A stretch of 64,000 bases of DNA from Azolla caroliniana (taxonomy: Eukaryota > Plantae > Polypodiophyta). The stretch is from contig JBHGNT010000009.1 of assembly GCA_043228905.1 (NCBI GenBank), positions 18,104,001-18,168,000 of the forward strand, in the 5' to 3' direction. Within the stretch, counting starts at the first letter, position 1. Each line of letters begins with the position of its first letter. The notes beneath the pieces are model-generated. The model was not told the origin of the DNA. It was given only the letters and a program-made list of their open reading frames with translations, and ran no database searches. A program made the translations under genes and the position numbers. Of this stretch, positions 13,069 through 26,147 are shown in pieces.

Positions 13069-13493
13069 TGTCATGAGATGGAAAGACTCGAACCCATGAC
13101 CTTATGGTATATAGGTCGAGCTCTTAACCATCACACCATCTATTGTAATTCATAGAATATTATTTTCATTTATGTTTTATTATAAGAAAGTAATGTATAT
13201 TCCAGATTTCTCCAGAACATTCTAGAAGTTTCAGGATTACTCCTGACAACACTATAAAAGAAGGCACTAGGCATTATGTTGAACCAAATTGATTCAACAC
13301 CAGTCTTAAGCCTCTTAGCCGATTTGTACTTATCTTTCATATAATATAAGAGTTGTTGTCATCATCCTCTCTCTCTCTCTCCTCTACTCACTTCCTCTCT
13401 CTCGGGAATCTTACGCAGTCTCGTCCTCTTAGTACTAATAGTACTGTTCTTCTTAGTACTAATTCCATCTCTGCTTTAGTACTATTCCTGACA
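13069..13493 (+). repeat. 3' LTR of the chromovirus
   Basis: Direct repeat of 7963-8387, preceded by the PPT AAGGGGGAGATAG (13056-13068). Confidence 0.95.
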
Positions 13494-14150
13494 ATGGCCG
13501 AATTTGAGACACCTCCGGATATTCGGCAACATAGCCTATGTACATGTGTCGGATTAGAAGCAGCAAAGCTGGATACAAAATCGGAAAAATGCATCCTAGT
13601 CGGCTATGATCAAGAGCAAAAGCGGTATAAGTGTTATAACCCCCGGACGAAGCAGGTCCGAGTCAGCCGAGATGTCGAGTTTGATGAATCGGCATCGTGG
13701 TATTCCTTACCGACTCCGACTTCCGATCTTGACCCGATGTCGGAGGATGGGGCTAGTGAGCCCGAACCGGCCTAGGTAGAGAAAGATGAAGTCGGGACTC
13801 AAGATGAGAGTCCGGAATCGTTCCGGTTAAGCGGACTGAATGAGAGACTGGATCAGTCCAACCAGTCGGATGATGGGACGACAAGTAGTAGAGACTCTGT
13901 CATGCTCTCCCCGCGCAGGGAACCGAGGAGACGGTTCACATGCAAAGAGAAAGGGAAGCAGAAGATGCTGGAATTCGAGACCGGCAATGATGAGTCGGAT
14001 CGGTGCGTATCTGACTTCGACAAGGACATAGGCAGATCTTCGGGAACGAAGACCGAACTGGCCAAGAAGGGTCTCATACCGGGTAACGGTGAGTTACGCC
14101 GGTCCACCCGCTAGAAGGATCCCGTTAAACGGTACGGGTATAACGAGTAC

Positions 14151-15644
14151 ATGGCGCATCATTATGCGTACATGACCAAGGTCGCGGAAGTGCGTGAGCC
14201 GGAGAGCTACACAGAAGCGGCAAAGGAGGCAAATTGGCGTGCCGCTATGGAGGATGAAATGCGGGCACTAGATGCCAACGGAACTTGGGACCTGGTTGAC
14301 CCTCCCCGTCACTGTAAACCGATCGGATGCAAGTGGGTGTACAAGGTAAAGTACAATGTCGACGGTACAGTTAACCAGTACAAGGCTCGGTTAGTGGCGA
14401 AGGGATATGCGCAGACCCACGGAATCGACTACGACGAGACCTTCGCCCCTGAAGCGAAGATGACGACGGTTCATGTGGTACTGGCAGTTGCAGCGGCAAG
14501 GGGGTGGCATCTTCATCAGATGGATGTGAAGAATGCCTTCCTTCAAGGAGATCTTGAAGAAGAAGTCTTTATGACTCAGCCCCCCGGATTTCAGTCGGAG
14601 ATGAACAAGTCGGTGATATGCCGGCTGAGGAAGTCGTTGTGCGGCTTGAAGCAAGCCCCCCGTGCTTGGAATGCTAAGATCACGCACCGGTTGCGAGAGA
14701 TGGGGTTTGTTGCCTCTAAGTCAGACTCTTCCCTATTCATCCGTCAAGGCTTAAACGGTCCGGTGTGTATCTTACTCTATGTTGACGATTTAGTCATCAC
14801 CGGCACAGGTCTTCCGGAAATCAACCGCGTCAAGTCCCAGTTGTTGGACGCATTCGATATGAAGGACTTGGGGGACCTTCATTATTTTTTGGGGATCGAG
14901 GTGATCCGCACCCCCGACGGCATATTGCTTTCTCAACACCATTATGTGTTGAATATGTTGTACAAGTTCGGCATGACGGAATGCCGACCTGTCTCCACAC
15001 CCTTAGATCGGAATCAGAAGATCCGTCCCAACTTCGGACCAGCCTGCGATGAGAAACGGTTCCGACAAATAGTCGGAAGCTTGATCTATTTGACCATCAC
15101 CCGACCCGACATTAGCTATCCGGTCGAAGTGGTAAGCCAATTCATGCAGAAGCCGACCGTGGAGCATCTTCAGTGCGCACAACGAATACTGAGGTATGTA
15201 AGCGGCACTAAGGACCGGGGGCTCTTATACCGGCAAGGTATAACCGAAGAGCTTGTCGGCTACACGGATGCCGACTGGGCTGGCGACGCAACGGATCATT
15301 GCTCAACCTCTGGCTTTATGTTCTCTCTTGGGAGCGCGGATGTTGCGTGGAGCAGCAAAAAGCAGCCAACAGTAGCTCTATCCAGCACTGAGGCTGAATA
15401 TCGGGGCGCGACCGTTGCCACCTGCGAAGCCATTTGGCTTCGGTGACTACTGCAAGACCTGCGGATCGAGGTACCGACCCCGATCCTAATCAACTGCAAT
15501 AACCTCAACAACATGCAGTTGGCCAAGAACCCTGTATTCCATGCTCGCACAAAGCACATAGAAGTGCCTTATCACTTCGTGCGTGAGCGGGTCCTGAGCG
15601 GTGAAGTTGAACTACGGTATGTTCACACGGATCGGCAAGTTGCC
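14151..15644 (+). pseudogene. Copia RT/RNase H
   Basis: 431-aa ORF with Copia RT motifs. TGA at 15444, after which the RNase H frame continues. Confidence 0.92.
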
Positions 15645-16063
15645 TGTTATTCGCTAGCCGGACAAGGCCTAACACAAGGTGTCACGGAGACACTTCACCA
15701 AAGGGTGATTACGGCATAGGATTAAGATTCAACGATTACACCGACTTACGTAGGTTACACGATTAAAGTGCTTTGGTTAATTACACGCGTAAGATATAAC
15801 AGTAATTACAGAACGGACATCAAGACAGAAGTATAAACATCATAAGCTCTATTAATTATCCGCTGTGATTATAATGGGGTCCGGGCCTTTAAATAGGTTT
15901 CCGGCCCGTAGTACAAAACGGTGCCTCTCGCACCTATTCGGGATCCGTCCGGATCTGGAACGGCATACCGTTTCCAGTCCGTCCGTCCACACTATCCTCA
16001 TTTACAACCATATATAATTAATTCCTTCACTCCGTATTTTGGACTCCTTGCCGGCCGGTAACA
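15645..16063 (-). repeat. 3' LTR of the Athila-like element
   Basis: TGTTA...TAACA termini; direct repeat of 25025-25443. Confidence 0.95.
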
Positions 16064-16115
16064 CATGGCACGCCCGTGGGACAGTACCTTGTACGTCGAA
16101 CCCTTCTCGGCCCCT

Positions 16116-19018
16116 TCATTGTTCACCCAAATTGTCCAAAAGACTTTGTTCAAGAATTTCCACTTGTTCTTCCGGTTGTGGTTGTTGCGGATGTGCTTGC
16201 TGCTGCTGTTGCGGTTGGGACTGCGGCTGTTCCGGCTGCTCTATAGGCGGCTGCTCCGTTTGTTTCTCTGACTCCGGCTGCTCCGTTTGACTGCTTCCGG
16301 TCCGGTCTCCTTCCAGTAACGGTTCCTCATCACTGAGGTTGACCGTAACCGGTTCTCGTTCTTTCTCTCCCCGGATCCGGGACCTCTCGTAGCTTTCAAA
16401 CTGGATCTGCGCCTCCAGCCTGTCGTCGTCCAGCTGAGCTACAAGTTGCCTGACTTGCCCTAGTTGGTCGTCTGCCAAGGCTTGAAAGTCTTCGGCCAGC
16501 TCATCTCTTATGCCGGTGAAGTCTTCGGAAGTCAGCATATAGCAATCATCTCCCTCCTTCCGCCGGTTCTCTACGTCGGCCCGGAGCAGTTGGAGTTCCG
16601 CCGCGTTCGTGGCCCACTTGGTCCACCATTTGACGGAGCCGTTGTCAATCAAGCTCTTGGTCTGGTTCAACCAGGCCCGCATGATATCCTGGATGCGACT
16701 TGCTCCCATTTGCGCTCTGCTTTCCACCACTTGTCGCTCCTCCTTCAACTGCTTGATGAGATTTGCCGTATCTTCCGCCTGCTCTCTGTAGCGCGTCAGC
16801 TGCCCTTGATATGTCGTTTGCAGCCTCTGCAGTACCTCCGTCGCTCTTTCTTTTTCCGCCTGCTGTTGCCTGAGGAGCTCTGTCCGAACCTTCTCCGCCT
16901 CTTCCAACCGTCTTCTGGTTTCCGCTTGTTCCTTGGCGAATGCGGTTGCGGTCCGATCAACTGCTTGCCGGAGCTCATCTGTCCGTTCCTTGTGCTCCGT
17001 TTGCAACCGTTTATACTCCCGGTGCAATTGCTCAAATTCCTCCGTTTTTTGTTTGAGCTTGCCGTTGATCTGGCGATGGTTCTGGTCCTCCCGGTCCTTT
17101 ACCTGCCGGAGTTCCTCTTTCAGGCGCTCTACTTCTGTTTCGGCATTTCTCCGGAGCCTCTCCTTCTCTTGCAGCATTTTCTCCTTCTCCTCCTTGAGCC
17201 GGTCGTACGCTTGGTGGCCTTTCCGTAAGCTCTCCTCGGCCCGGCGTAGATTCTCTGCAGTCTTTTTGAGTTCTGCCTCCGCTGCCGTCTTCAATTCTCT
17301 TTCGCGGCTCCTCAGCGCTTCTTGGGCAGCTAGCTCATCCTTTAAATCCGCCAGCTCTTGGGCTTGTGCCGCATTTCTCTCCGGAACGGTTTCCGTTGCC
17401 GGGGTCTGGTTGCTATGTACAGGTTGATCTGACGTCTTATTCTGTACATTGCCCGGAGTCACCGGTGCTTGGACTTGTGTTTTCAAAGCCAATTGAGCCA
17501 TTTCCCTTGTGACCCTGTCCAAGTCTTGCTCAAGGCTCCGGATTCTGGACCGGGCCGTCTCAAGATCTACGGTTGTGACGAGCAACCGTTCGTTGTGCGC
17601 TCTCTCCTCCGCCTCTATGTACTCGACCGCTCCGGCGATCTGCTCACCTACCCACCGTAGCCACATGCTACTGGTGCCTTGTTGATGTACCGCTCCTACT
17701 CCTTGGCCGTCGTGTGTGCTGGCTGGGCTCGCCGGCTGTTGAGTTCCGGTTCTCGCCGTCTCCGGAACCGTTGGAATGACTTCTTCTATAGAAGTCGACA
17801 AGGCCGGTTCCCTACGCACCGGTTCCGGTTCCTCCCTTGTGGTTTGCTCAGGTTGAGTTGGGGCGTCTCTGCCTCTCGCGAGTACGACCGCTCCCCCCCT
17901 GTCTCGGCGGTCCTACTTCTTGACCGTCGTTGGAGGTGCTCTTCTGGCTCCTCCGTTTCCTCTTCCTGTGTAACGGCATGTTTCTGTGCCGTCAAGGGTT
18001 CCGGTTCCTTCTGTCCTGGTCGCCGTATGGTTATCTTAACGGGTCCCACCGGTGACACCTCCTCCGGTTCTGGGAGCCGTTTCTTCCCTTTCGTCGCCTT
18101 CGACGCCAGCAGCTGCTGTCGTTTGGACGCCGGCTTCGAGGTGCTTCCTTCCGATACTCTTGGCCGCTTCTTTGGCTGAACGGTCTCGACCGGCGGCACG
18201 AGCAATGTTATCCACTGAGCTACGGCATGCCACAGCTTCTGGCCCTCCTTGCCGTCCTTTCCTCGTACCATGTCGATTGCCACGCACAACCCGTCTGCAA
18301 TCAACACCGGCCAATCCACCTTGGTCCCTTCATAGGTGGCTATGATCATCCCTGCCCGATTTTTTGGCATGACAGGGGGTCGGGGGTACACGTGGCCGTA
18401 CTCATGGAGCACTCGAGCTATCTCCCTGAATAGCGGATCTTCGCCGCCCTGCGTTCGATAGCCTTTGCCGGCAACAGAGTACTCACTGAAATATCGGATG
18501 AGTTGCTCCGAGGATGGGTTATCAATCTGAAAAATACCTCCCTCCGGAAGGCCTGTTAGCGCACGGATCGCTTCTTCTGTGATGACTTCCGTGTCGAGCT
18601 CCTTGATGACCCGGTCGGCTTCTCTGTGCGGCGGTGCCTCCATGATGGCCAAGAACCCCTCCAGTCCGTGTTGCCTGAACCATTTCCTGGCCGCTTCCGA
18701 CAGCGTTTGTGGTTCCATGTCTGCTTCGAGGTCGAGGGAAGATGGCGAGGTAGAGTGGTGATGAGAGTGAGAGCGAGAGCGAGAGCGTTCCGAACGTGGG
18801 GGTTCTCTGCGTGCAGGTTCGCGTTTGCTCAGCTTCCACTGCTTTGGTGCTTCTGTGCTTCTTGGCTCGCGAAATGAAAAGGTCTCCATGCGTTCTGCTT
18901 CTTCTTTGTGCGTTTTGGCGCCTTTTTCGAGCATGCACACGTCGTGTACCAATTTAGTATTAAGTCGCGTGGCGGCTCTTAAATGCCCACTTCGTACCTT
19001 TTCGCTCCTTGCTTTCAC
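16116..19018 (-). CDS. Extra ORF(s) between pol and the 3' LTR: globular N-terminal part and long coiled coil, probably one ~960-aa ORF with a frameshift near 17800
   Basis: The 410-aa and 567-aa ORFs overlap by 34 bp, in sense orientation. E/K/R/Q heptad-rich. Confidence 0.7.
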
Positions 19019-19102
19019 GTCCGTTCACACCTCGATTTTTAATGATTTCTTTTCTTTTCTTTTTTTTCTTTTCTTTTTTTTTTTAAATGACGGTATGTGA
19101 CC

Positions 19103-22100
19103 TTACATATCCGTAGGTCCCTTCGGACCCTTACCGTTTTCCTTACGGGTTGCCGTGTCTTCCTTCACCTCTGCTACGGGTTCCCCGTTGTCTTTTTCTT
19201 CCATCCGTACCGTTCCCGGTATAGTGCCGGTGGTCTGCATAAACGGGTTCTTTGGCATCGGTCCTTTATAGGGCTTTAGTCTAAATCCGTTCACCCACTT
19301 GCCTAGTACTTCACCGGTAAGTGTCCCTATCTGATAGGACCCGTTGTATTCCCGTGTCAACCAATACGGGCCTGTCCATCTGAACCGGAGTTTACCCGGC
19401 ATTTTACCCATCCTCGTTTGGAATACTAGCACCGGCTTTCCGATTTCGAACATCTTTTCATTACCTTTCCGGTGACGGTCAACGAACGCTTTCCGTCGTC
19501 GTTGCTCCAGTTCCATGTGTAGGATGCTGGCCAGCCGTTGCTCCTCCAGTTCGCATAGTGCTGCTAGCCGCATTTCCTCCGACTTCTTTTCATTCAGCCG
19601 TTCCCGTAGTTGGATCTGTAAGCTTGGTACCTGAAATTCCACCGGCATGACCGCTTCTAAGCCGAATGCTAACCGGAACGGCGTTGTCCGGATACTTGTT
19701 TTGTATGCCGTTCGGTATGCCCATAGCGCGCTATGGAGCTTTGTATCCCAGTCCGTCCGGTTTTCATTGACGATTTTGCGGAGAATGTTCTGCAGCGTTT
19801 TGTTGGTGGACTCTGCTAACCCGTTCGCTTGTGGGTAGTACGGTGTGCTCCGTTTATGGACCACGGCATAGAACGTTGTTAAGCTTTCCACTACCTGGCC
19901 GAGGAAGTGCCCTCCTTGGTCGCTGATTAATTCAATCGGACATCCATATCGGCACCAAATGTTCTCGTACAGGAATTTTGTTGTGGATGACGCGGTATTG
20001 TCTCTCAAGGCCTTAGCCTCTACCCATTTAGTGCAATAATCCGTTGCCACGATGACATAACGATTACCCGTTCTCATTGCCGGTGGCTTGAACGGTCCGA
20101 CAAAATCCAACCCCCACTTTTGGAATGGCTCTAGTGGAAGTACTGGTTGGTGTGGCATCCGTGCTTGCTCCGTAGGCTGGCCCATTCGTTGGCATAGGTC
20201 ACATTCCTTAGCATACTTGACGGCGTCTTTTAACGTCGTGGGCCACCATAAGCCGCTCTGCCATACTTTCCTTGCCGTCGCTTCCCCGGCATAGTGTCCT
20301 CCGGCCACCCCACAGTGTGCTTCCCGTAAGATTACTTCTTTCTCGTCACTACGGACTGCCCGTCTCCATATTCCATCTGCTCCTTTGTGGTAGAGAGTGT
20401 CCCGTAACAGACAGAAATTGCGGCTCTACACCGCCAGTCGTTTCCTCTCGTCCCGGTTCATTTCCTCTGGTGGCAGGCCCGTGCTTAGGAACTGGTGCAT
20501 GTTTGTCAGCCACCTATCTTCTGATGCCACCGTGTCGTCCGCTGCCGTTTCCGGGGTGATACGGAATAACTCTGCGTCCGGGAATTCATCCGATACTCCG
20601 TCGCCTGCTTCTCCGGACTCTAACCGGCTCAGGTAGTCTGCTACGACATGCTGGATACCGGGCTGGTGGAAAATCTCGAATTCGAACTCCTGCAACAGCA
20701 AGGTCCAATGAGCCAACTTACCGGTCAGGGACGCCTTGGACACTAAGTACAGGAGCGCCGAGTGATCCACATGAAAGGAGAACTTCCTTCCCAATAGGTA
20801 ATGCCGAAACTTTGTGACACTGTAGATCATGCCCAGGGCCTCCCGTTCCATCGTCGAATAGTTCTTCTCCGCTTGGGACAGCTTCCGGCTGGCGTAATAG
20901 ACCGGCCGGTACCATTTAGGCTCCGTAAGTTGCATTAAGGCGCTGCCGATAGCGATGTCGGACGCGTCAACGAACACGTGAAATTCCTTGCTCCAATCCG
21001 GAGGCTGCACGACGGGTGCTTGCGACAAAAGCACCTTCAGGGCATTGTATGCCTTATCCTCCGTATCCGTCCATTGGAACGGTGTCCGATGTACCGCGGT
21101 GTGCAATGGTGTAGCCAAGTCAGCCAAGTGACGGAGCATCCGGCTGTGCCACCGGATCTGTCCTAAGAATCGGCTTAGTGCTTTGGCTGTTTTCGGCGCC
21201 GGTGCCCCTAGTATCGCGTTTACTTTGTCTGGGTCGACCGCAATGCCCTCCTTGCTTACAATGTGTCCCAGCAATATTCCACTTGACACTCCAAAGATGC
21301 ATTTTGCTGGGTTTAAGCTTAGCCGGTATAACCTACACTTTTCAAGGCATAACCGTAGGTGCTGCAAATGGTCTTTTCCCCGGCTATAGACTGCAAAATC
21401 ATCCAGGAAAACCTGCATGAAGGCAGGAATGTATTCGCCGAAGATCTCCATGATGATTCGCTGGAAAGTTGCTGGTGCCGTTTTTAGGCCGAACATCATT
21501 ACTTCGGCCACAAACACCCCCCATTCGGTGACGAACGTTGTCTTCTCCTGGTCGTCAGGGTGCATCCGGATTTGATTGTAACCGCTGAACCCGTCTAGAA
21601 AGCTATAAACTTCATGGCCGGCGACGGCATCCAGTACTCCATCCGTGAACGGAAGAGGGAATGCATCCGTAATTGTGGCTGCATTTAGTTTCCGGTAATC
21701 TACACACACACGGATTTTACCGTTCTTCTTTGGGACGACGACGATGGGGCTCAGCCACGTCGCTTTCTTTACCGGCCGGATGAAGCCCACTCTTAGGAGT
21801 TTGTCGATTTCCTCCTTCACTTTGGCGGCGTAGTTGGGGTTCATTCGGTAACGTCTTTGCGCCACTGGTTTCGTGTCCTTGCCTAAGTGGATCTGATGCT
21901 GATATAATTGAGGGTCCAGCCCTCGCATGTCTTCGTATGACCAGGCGAATACGTCGCGAAACTCCGTGAGAAGTTTGATCATTGCCGCTTTATCTTCCGG
22001 CTTCATTTCTTTGGCGATGTGTACCGGCTTTGATTCGTCATTGCTTCCCAGGTTCACTTCGTCGAGCTGGGATGCTTTTACCCGTTGGGAAACGGCCATT

Positions 22101-24973
22101 TCCCGTTCCAACGCTTCCTGTGCTTGCCGTAATTCCCGAATCGCATCTTTGTCTGGTTCGGCTTCGGTTTCGTCCCGCTGCGGCAAGTATGGCGCTACGG
22201 CTTCAGCTACGTCAATCTCGAAGAGTGGTACGATCTTCGGGTGTTCCTCTAAGTACTGGGCTTCTTCGTCGTCTGCCAATCCTTCAAGCATGTTCACGCA
22301 TTCCGCATACAGCGGTGTGCATTCCTTACCGTTGCTCGTCCGTGGTTGTGTCGGAACCCGGACCTTGGCTTTTCCGCGCCGGAAGGTAATCATATTTTTC
22401 CGCCAATTTTGCTTGATGTGTGCTGTTTTCAACCATGGTCTGCCCAGCAACAGTGGATACGCGCCTTGCGCCTGTAGCTGCAACACTACAGCCGAGATGT
22501 GAAATGTGTGACCTCCTATGGTGACCTCCAATTTCCGTATTAAGCCCGTCGGCCGTACAGAGCTCGTATCCGCCATCCGTAGCCAGAACGGACATGGCTC
22601 CCATTCATGTATACCCAAGGCATCACACGTGCGGAGGCTTAATACGTTCACTCCGGAACCTCCATCGATTACGGTGCCGGGGAGTTCGTGCCCTTTGACA
22701 ATAGCTGTAATCACCGGACTACTAGTGTCCACCACCGTCGGTCCCTCCTCCGGATTCGAGAAGAGGACTGGTGCCGGTGGGGCTATACCGTCTGTCATGA
22801 CCGTTTTTAGTCCTTCCGTAAATCGCGGCACGAGCTGCAAGAGTCTTCCTAATGGCAACGTGATCTGACATTCTTGCAGTGCTTGCCATGTCTCGTTTTC
22901 TGGGTGGCCAGCGCCGACACTCCCTATGGTATTCGCCTTTTGCCGTTCCGCGTCCGCGACGTTCCTTTCATTGGCTTCCTTCACCCATTCCGTCGCCTGT
23001 TTTCGTATGGCCTCTTGTGTTTCCCACTCCTTGGCCATGCCTTTCGACCGTGTGGTTACTTGCTGTATATCCGCCACTTCCGGAACTACCATATTAACTG
23101 CTGGTCGTTTCTCGTAGCTCTTTACCGGGCACTGGTTACTGTAGTGGCCTTCCTGCCTGCAGTAATAGCAGTACTCTTTACGGGTATTGCTGGATTCAGC
23201 TTTGCTGGTATCCGGAGTCGGTCCCGTAGTGAGTGGTGCGTTCTGTGCCGGTTGGCTCCTTGGGGTTCCCTGTTCTGGGTCCCTAGTGTGACCACCTTTC
23301 TTGAAATTACGTTTCTTATTATTCTTATTTTTATTTCGGTAGTCCGGTCGTGGTGGATCGTAAAATCGGCCGTAGTCCTCCTGGTGCCTTCGGTAACCAG
23401 GGGAATGGTCTCTGTCGTATTGCTCGTGTCGTCTGTTGGGCTCCCGATAACGGTCCGATCGCTCATACCGGTCGTAGTTATCACGCCGATTCCCGTACCG
23501 GCCATCATTCTCTTGCCTGTCTCCGTACCGGACATCCTGTGCCGGTGGGTACCGGTTCATTCTTTGCCAACGATCGTCATCTTCGTCTCGGCTGTTTCTT
23601 GGTTCAATCCGTCGGACGGGTGGCGCTTGTCGGTTTAACAGGTTATACTCGCACCGGTCCGTTGTATGACTCTTGGATTGACAAATCACACACTGGGTTC
23701 GCATGGTGCACTCCACTGCCGAGTGTCCGGCATTCAAACAGATTGTGCATTGAATTGCCTGCCGGAACCGGAGATCTTCCTCGGTGGGTAACGCCCGTTG
23801 CAGTGTTCCCAGCGTAAGCCATGAGCTTGACTTTTCCATTTCTCTGACCCGGTCAATGACCTGGTCGATGGTGCATCCTCGAAAGTCGATCACCGTACAC
23901 ACCGTGCGTAACGGTTCCCGGAGTGCGTTTAAAAATATCGTCCGTAATTCCTCCTCCGGGGGTGCACGGGCAAGCTGGCTATGCATTCGTTGGAAACGGA
24001 TGACGAATTGGGGAATGCTTTCCCCTGCCTCCTGTCGGATCGTATAAAACAAGCCCACCATTGTCGTCTGGTCGACCTCCTTGTGGAAAAAATGCAAGAA
24101 TTTTGCTTTTAATTCTGCAAAGGTTGTGATGGTCGCCGGGTCCTGCGTCCGCCGCCATCGTGTCGCTGGTCCCTCCAACGTGACTCCGAATTCCGCTATC
24201 TTCGAGCGTTCTTCTTCCTCCGGTGTCATTCGCTGGGACGTGTGATTTGCTTCCCATGTCTGCTCGAAGTCATGAACATGCGCTTCCGCGTCCGGATCAT
24301 CGCGATACTTTGAGTATTGGAACGGCATGTCGTCGTCCAGTATTAGGCCGCGGTTTAGTGGCGTTTGTTGATATCTTTCCGGTTTTCTCTCCGGCTCCAC
24401 TTCCGGTTCTTTTGCCGGCGCTTTTTCCGGTTCCTTTTCCGGTTCTTTTTCCGGTTCCTTCGCCGGCTCTTCTTCCGGTACCTTTGCCGGCTCTTTCGTT
24501 GGTGTCGGTGGCTTTGCTTCTTCCACTTCCGGTGTTGGTGGGTTGACGGCTTCCGTTTGCGGTTCCGGATAGCCCTGGTTGAGCAGTTCCGGTTCTGGAG
24601 TCGGCACGGTATCCGACCCGTCGTCCTCCGGGCCGCCGGGGGTATCGTTGCTGCTCCGGTAGTTCGTGTGCACGCTGTATCCCCCTTCGGAATCCGATTC
24701 GTAGGCTGAAAAGGCTTCTGCCTCGTTTTCTCCGCTTGCCAGCGCCTCGAGGAGGCGTTCGGTTTCCCGGAGACTACTTAGACTGCTTCCGTCGTCCTGG
24801 TCGCGAGTTTGCCGTAACCGAAGAGATTCCTCCGCGACTCTCCGGATCTCGTTGGAGAACGAACGATCCGAGCGAATTTCGTTCGCTGCTTGCTGGAAAG
24901 TCTCACGCCGTCTTTGCCGTTCGGCGAGGCGTCGAGCTCGGTCTGTAACCAGGTCGTGCGTTGGTCTAGTCAT
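19103..24973 (-). CDS. Gag-Pol polyprotein (gag with three CCHC-type knuckles, PR, RT, RNase H, integrase) with one in-frame TAG at 20426-20428
   Basis: VIDGGS, LDGFSGYNQI, FLDD, DASD, GGHY, WGLDFVGP, SDQG and GPY motifs. The 1515-aa and 401-aa ORFs are in the same frame. Confidence 0.9.
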
Positions 24974-25024
24974 CCATTACCGTCGTTCGCTGCGAGAAAG
25001 CAGGAATCGTGGTCGCCAAAACTG

Positions 25025-25443
25025 TGTTATTCGCTAGCCGGACAAGGCCTAACACAAGGTGTCACGGAGACACTTCACCAAAGGGTGATTACGGCATAGG
25101 ATTAAGATTCAACGATTACACCGACTTACGTAGGTTACACGATTAAAGTGCTTTGGTTAATTACACGCGTAAGATATAACAGTAATTACAGAACGGACAT
25201 CAAGACAGAAGTATAAACATCATAAGCTCTATTAATTATCCGCTGTGATTACAATGGGGTCCGGGCCTTTAAATAGGTTTCCGGCCCGTAGTACAAAACG
25301 GTGCCTCTCGCACCTATTCGGGATCCGTCCGGATCTGGAACGGCATACCGTTTCCAGTCCGTCCGTCCACACTATCCTCATTTACAACCATATATAATTA
25401 ATTCCTTCACTCCGTATTTTGGACTCCTTGCCGGCCGGTAACA
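25025..25443 (-). repeat. 5' LTR of the Athila-like element
   Basis: Followed on the minus strand by CAGTTT-TGGCGACCAC, a tRNA-type PBS resembling tRNA-Arg. Confidence 0.95.
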
Positions 25444-26147
25444 TTGCCGACATCTTCACCAAGTTGCTCGGGTCGGACAAGTTGCAGCACTTTACCGAAA
25501 TGCTTGGTGTTCAGCATCTCGACGTGCCGCACTTGAGGGGGAGACGCAAGGGAAAAGACACTACCGAAACGGGCAAAGGCAAAACTGTTGAACCTGTAGG
25601 TAAGAGAAGAACCGATAGAGGTGGAGACAAGAAGAAAAATGAAGCCGAGTCGACGAAGGAAGTCGACCCATCCGAACAAGTCGGTGAACCGGTTTAAGAA
25701 GCCAAGGGAAGCATGGAGAAGGCCAAGACCCGGACGTGGTCCCATGTGGTGAGAGGCCTGAAGCCGAAAATCGAATCGGAGGATACCGATTTGGACAAGA
25801 GCTGGAACGAGTCGGAGACAACCGATTCGGATCAAGAGACGGATCCGGATGAGTCGGATCAACGAAAGGCCAAGGAGACACGGACACAACGGAAGTCGAT
25901 GCCATCGCGGTGGAACCGACGGATCAGCAAGCGTCGGAGTCATAGCAACGAAGGAGCTGAGATGGGCCTATTGAGCCGACATGCCGAAGGTCGAGGCACG
26001 CAGAACCAAAGGGGTCGCGGCAAACGGAACCAGACCGGACAAGGAGCGCGAGCAAGGCGAAGCGACGCCAACAGAAGTCGGTTGGAAGAATCGGCTGCCA
26101 CAAAGGTTGACACTACGACCCTACCTCAGGTTGAGCTTGAGGGGGAG

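Larger units (their letters stand above)
7963..13493 (+). mobile_element. Full-length Ty3/Gypsy chromovirus (Tcn1-like)
   Basis: Two 425-bp TG...CA LTRs. TSD ATGGC at 7958-7962 and 13494-13498. Order gag-PR-RT-RH-IN-chromodomain. PPT present. Confidence 0.95.
15645..25443 (-). mobile_element. Young full-length non-chromovirus Gypsy (Athila/Phygy-like) with an extra 3' ORF
   Basis: 419-bp LTRs (15645-16063 and 25025-25443) differ at one position by eye. TSD TTGCC at 15640-15644 and 25444-25448. Gag-pol is on the minus strand. Confidence 0.95.

Noticed and set aside
16464-24709. Numerous + strand ORFs inside the Athila-like element
   Set aside because: Antisense shadows of GC-rich coding sequence with no recognisable motifs.
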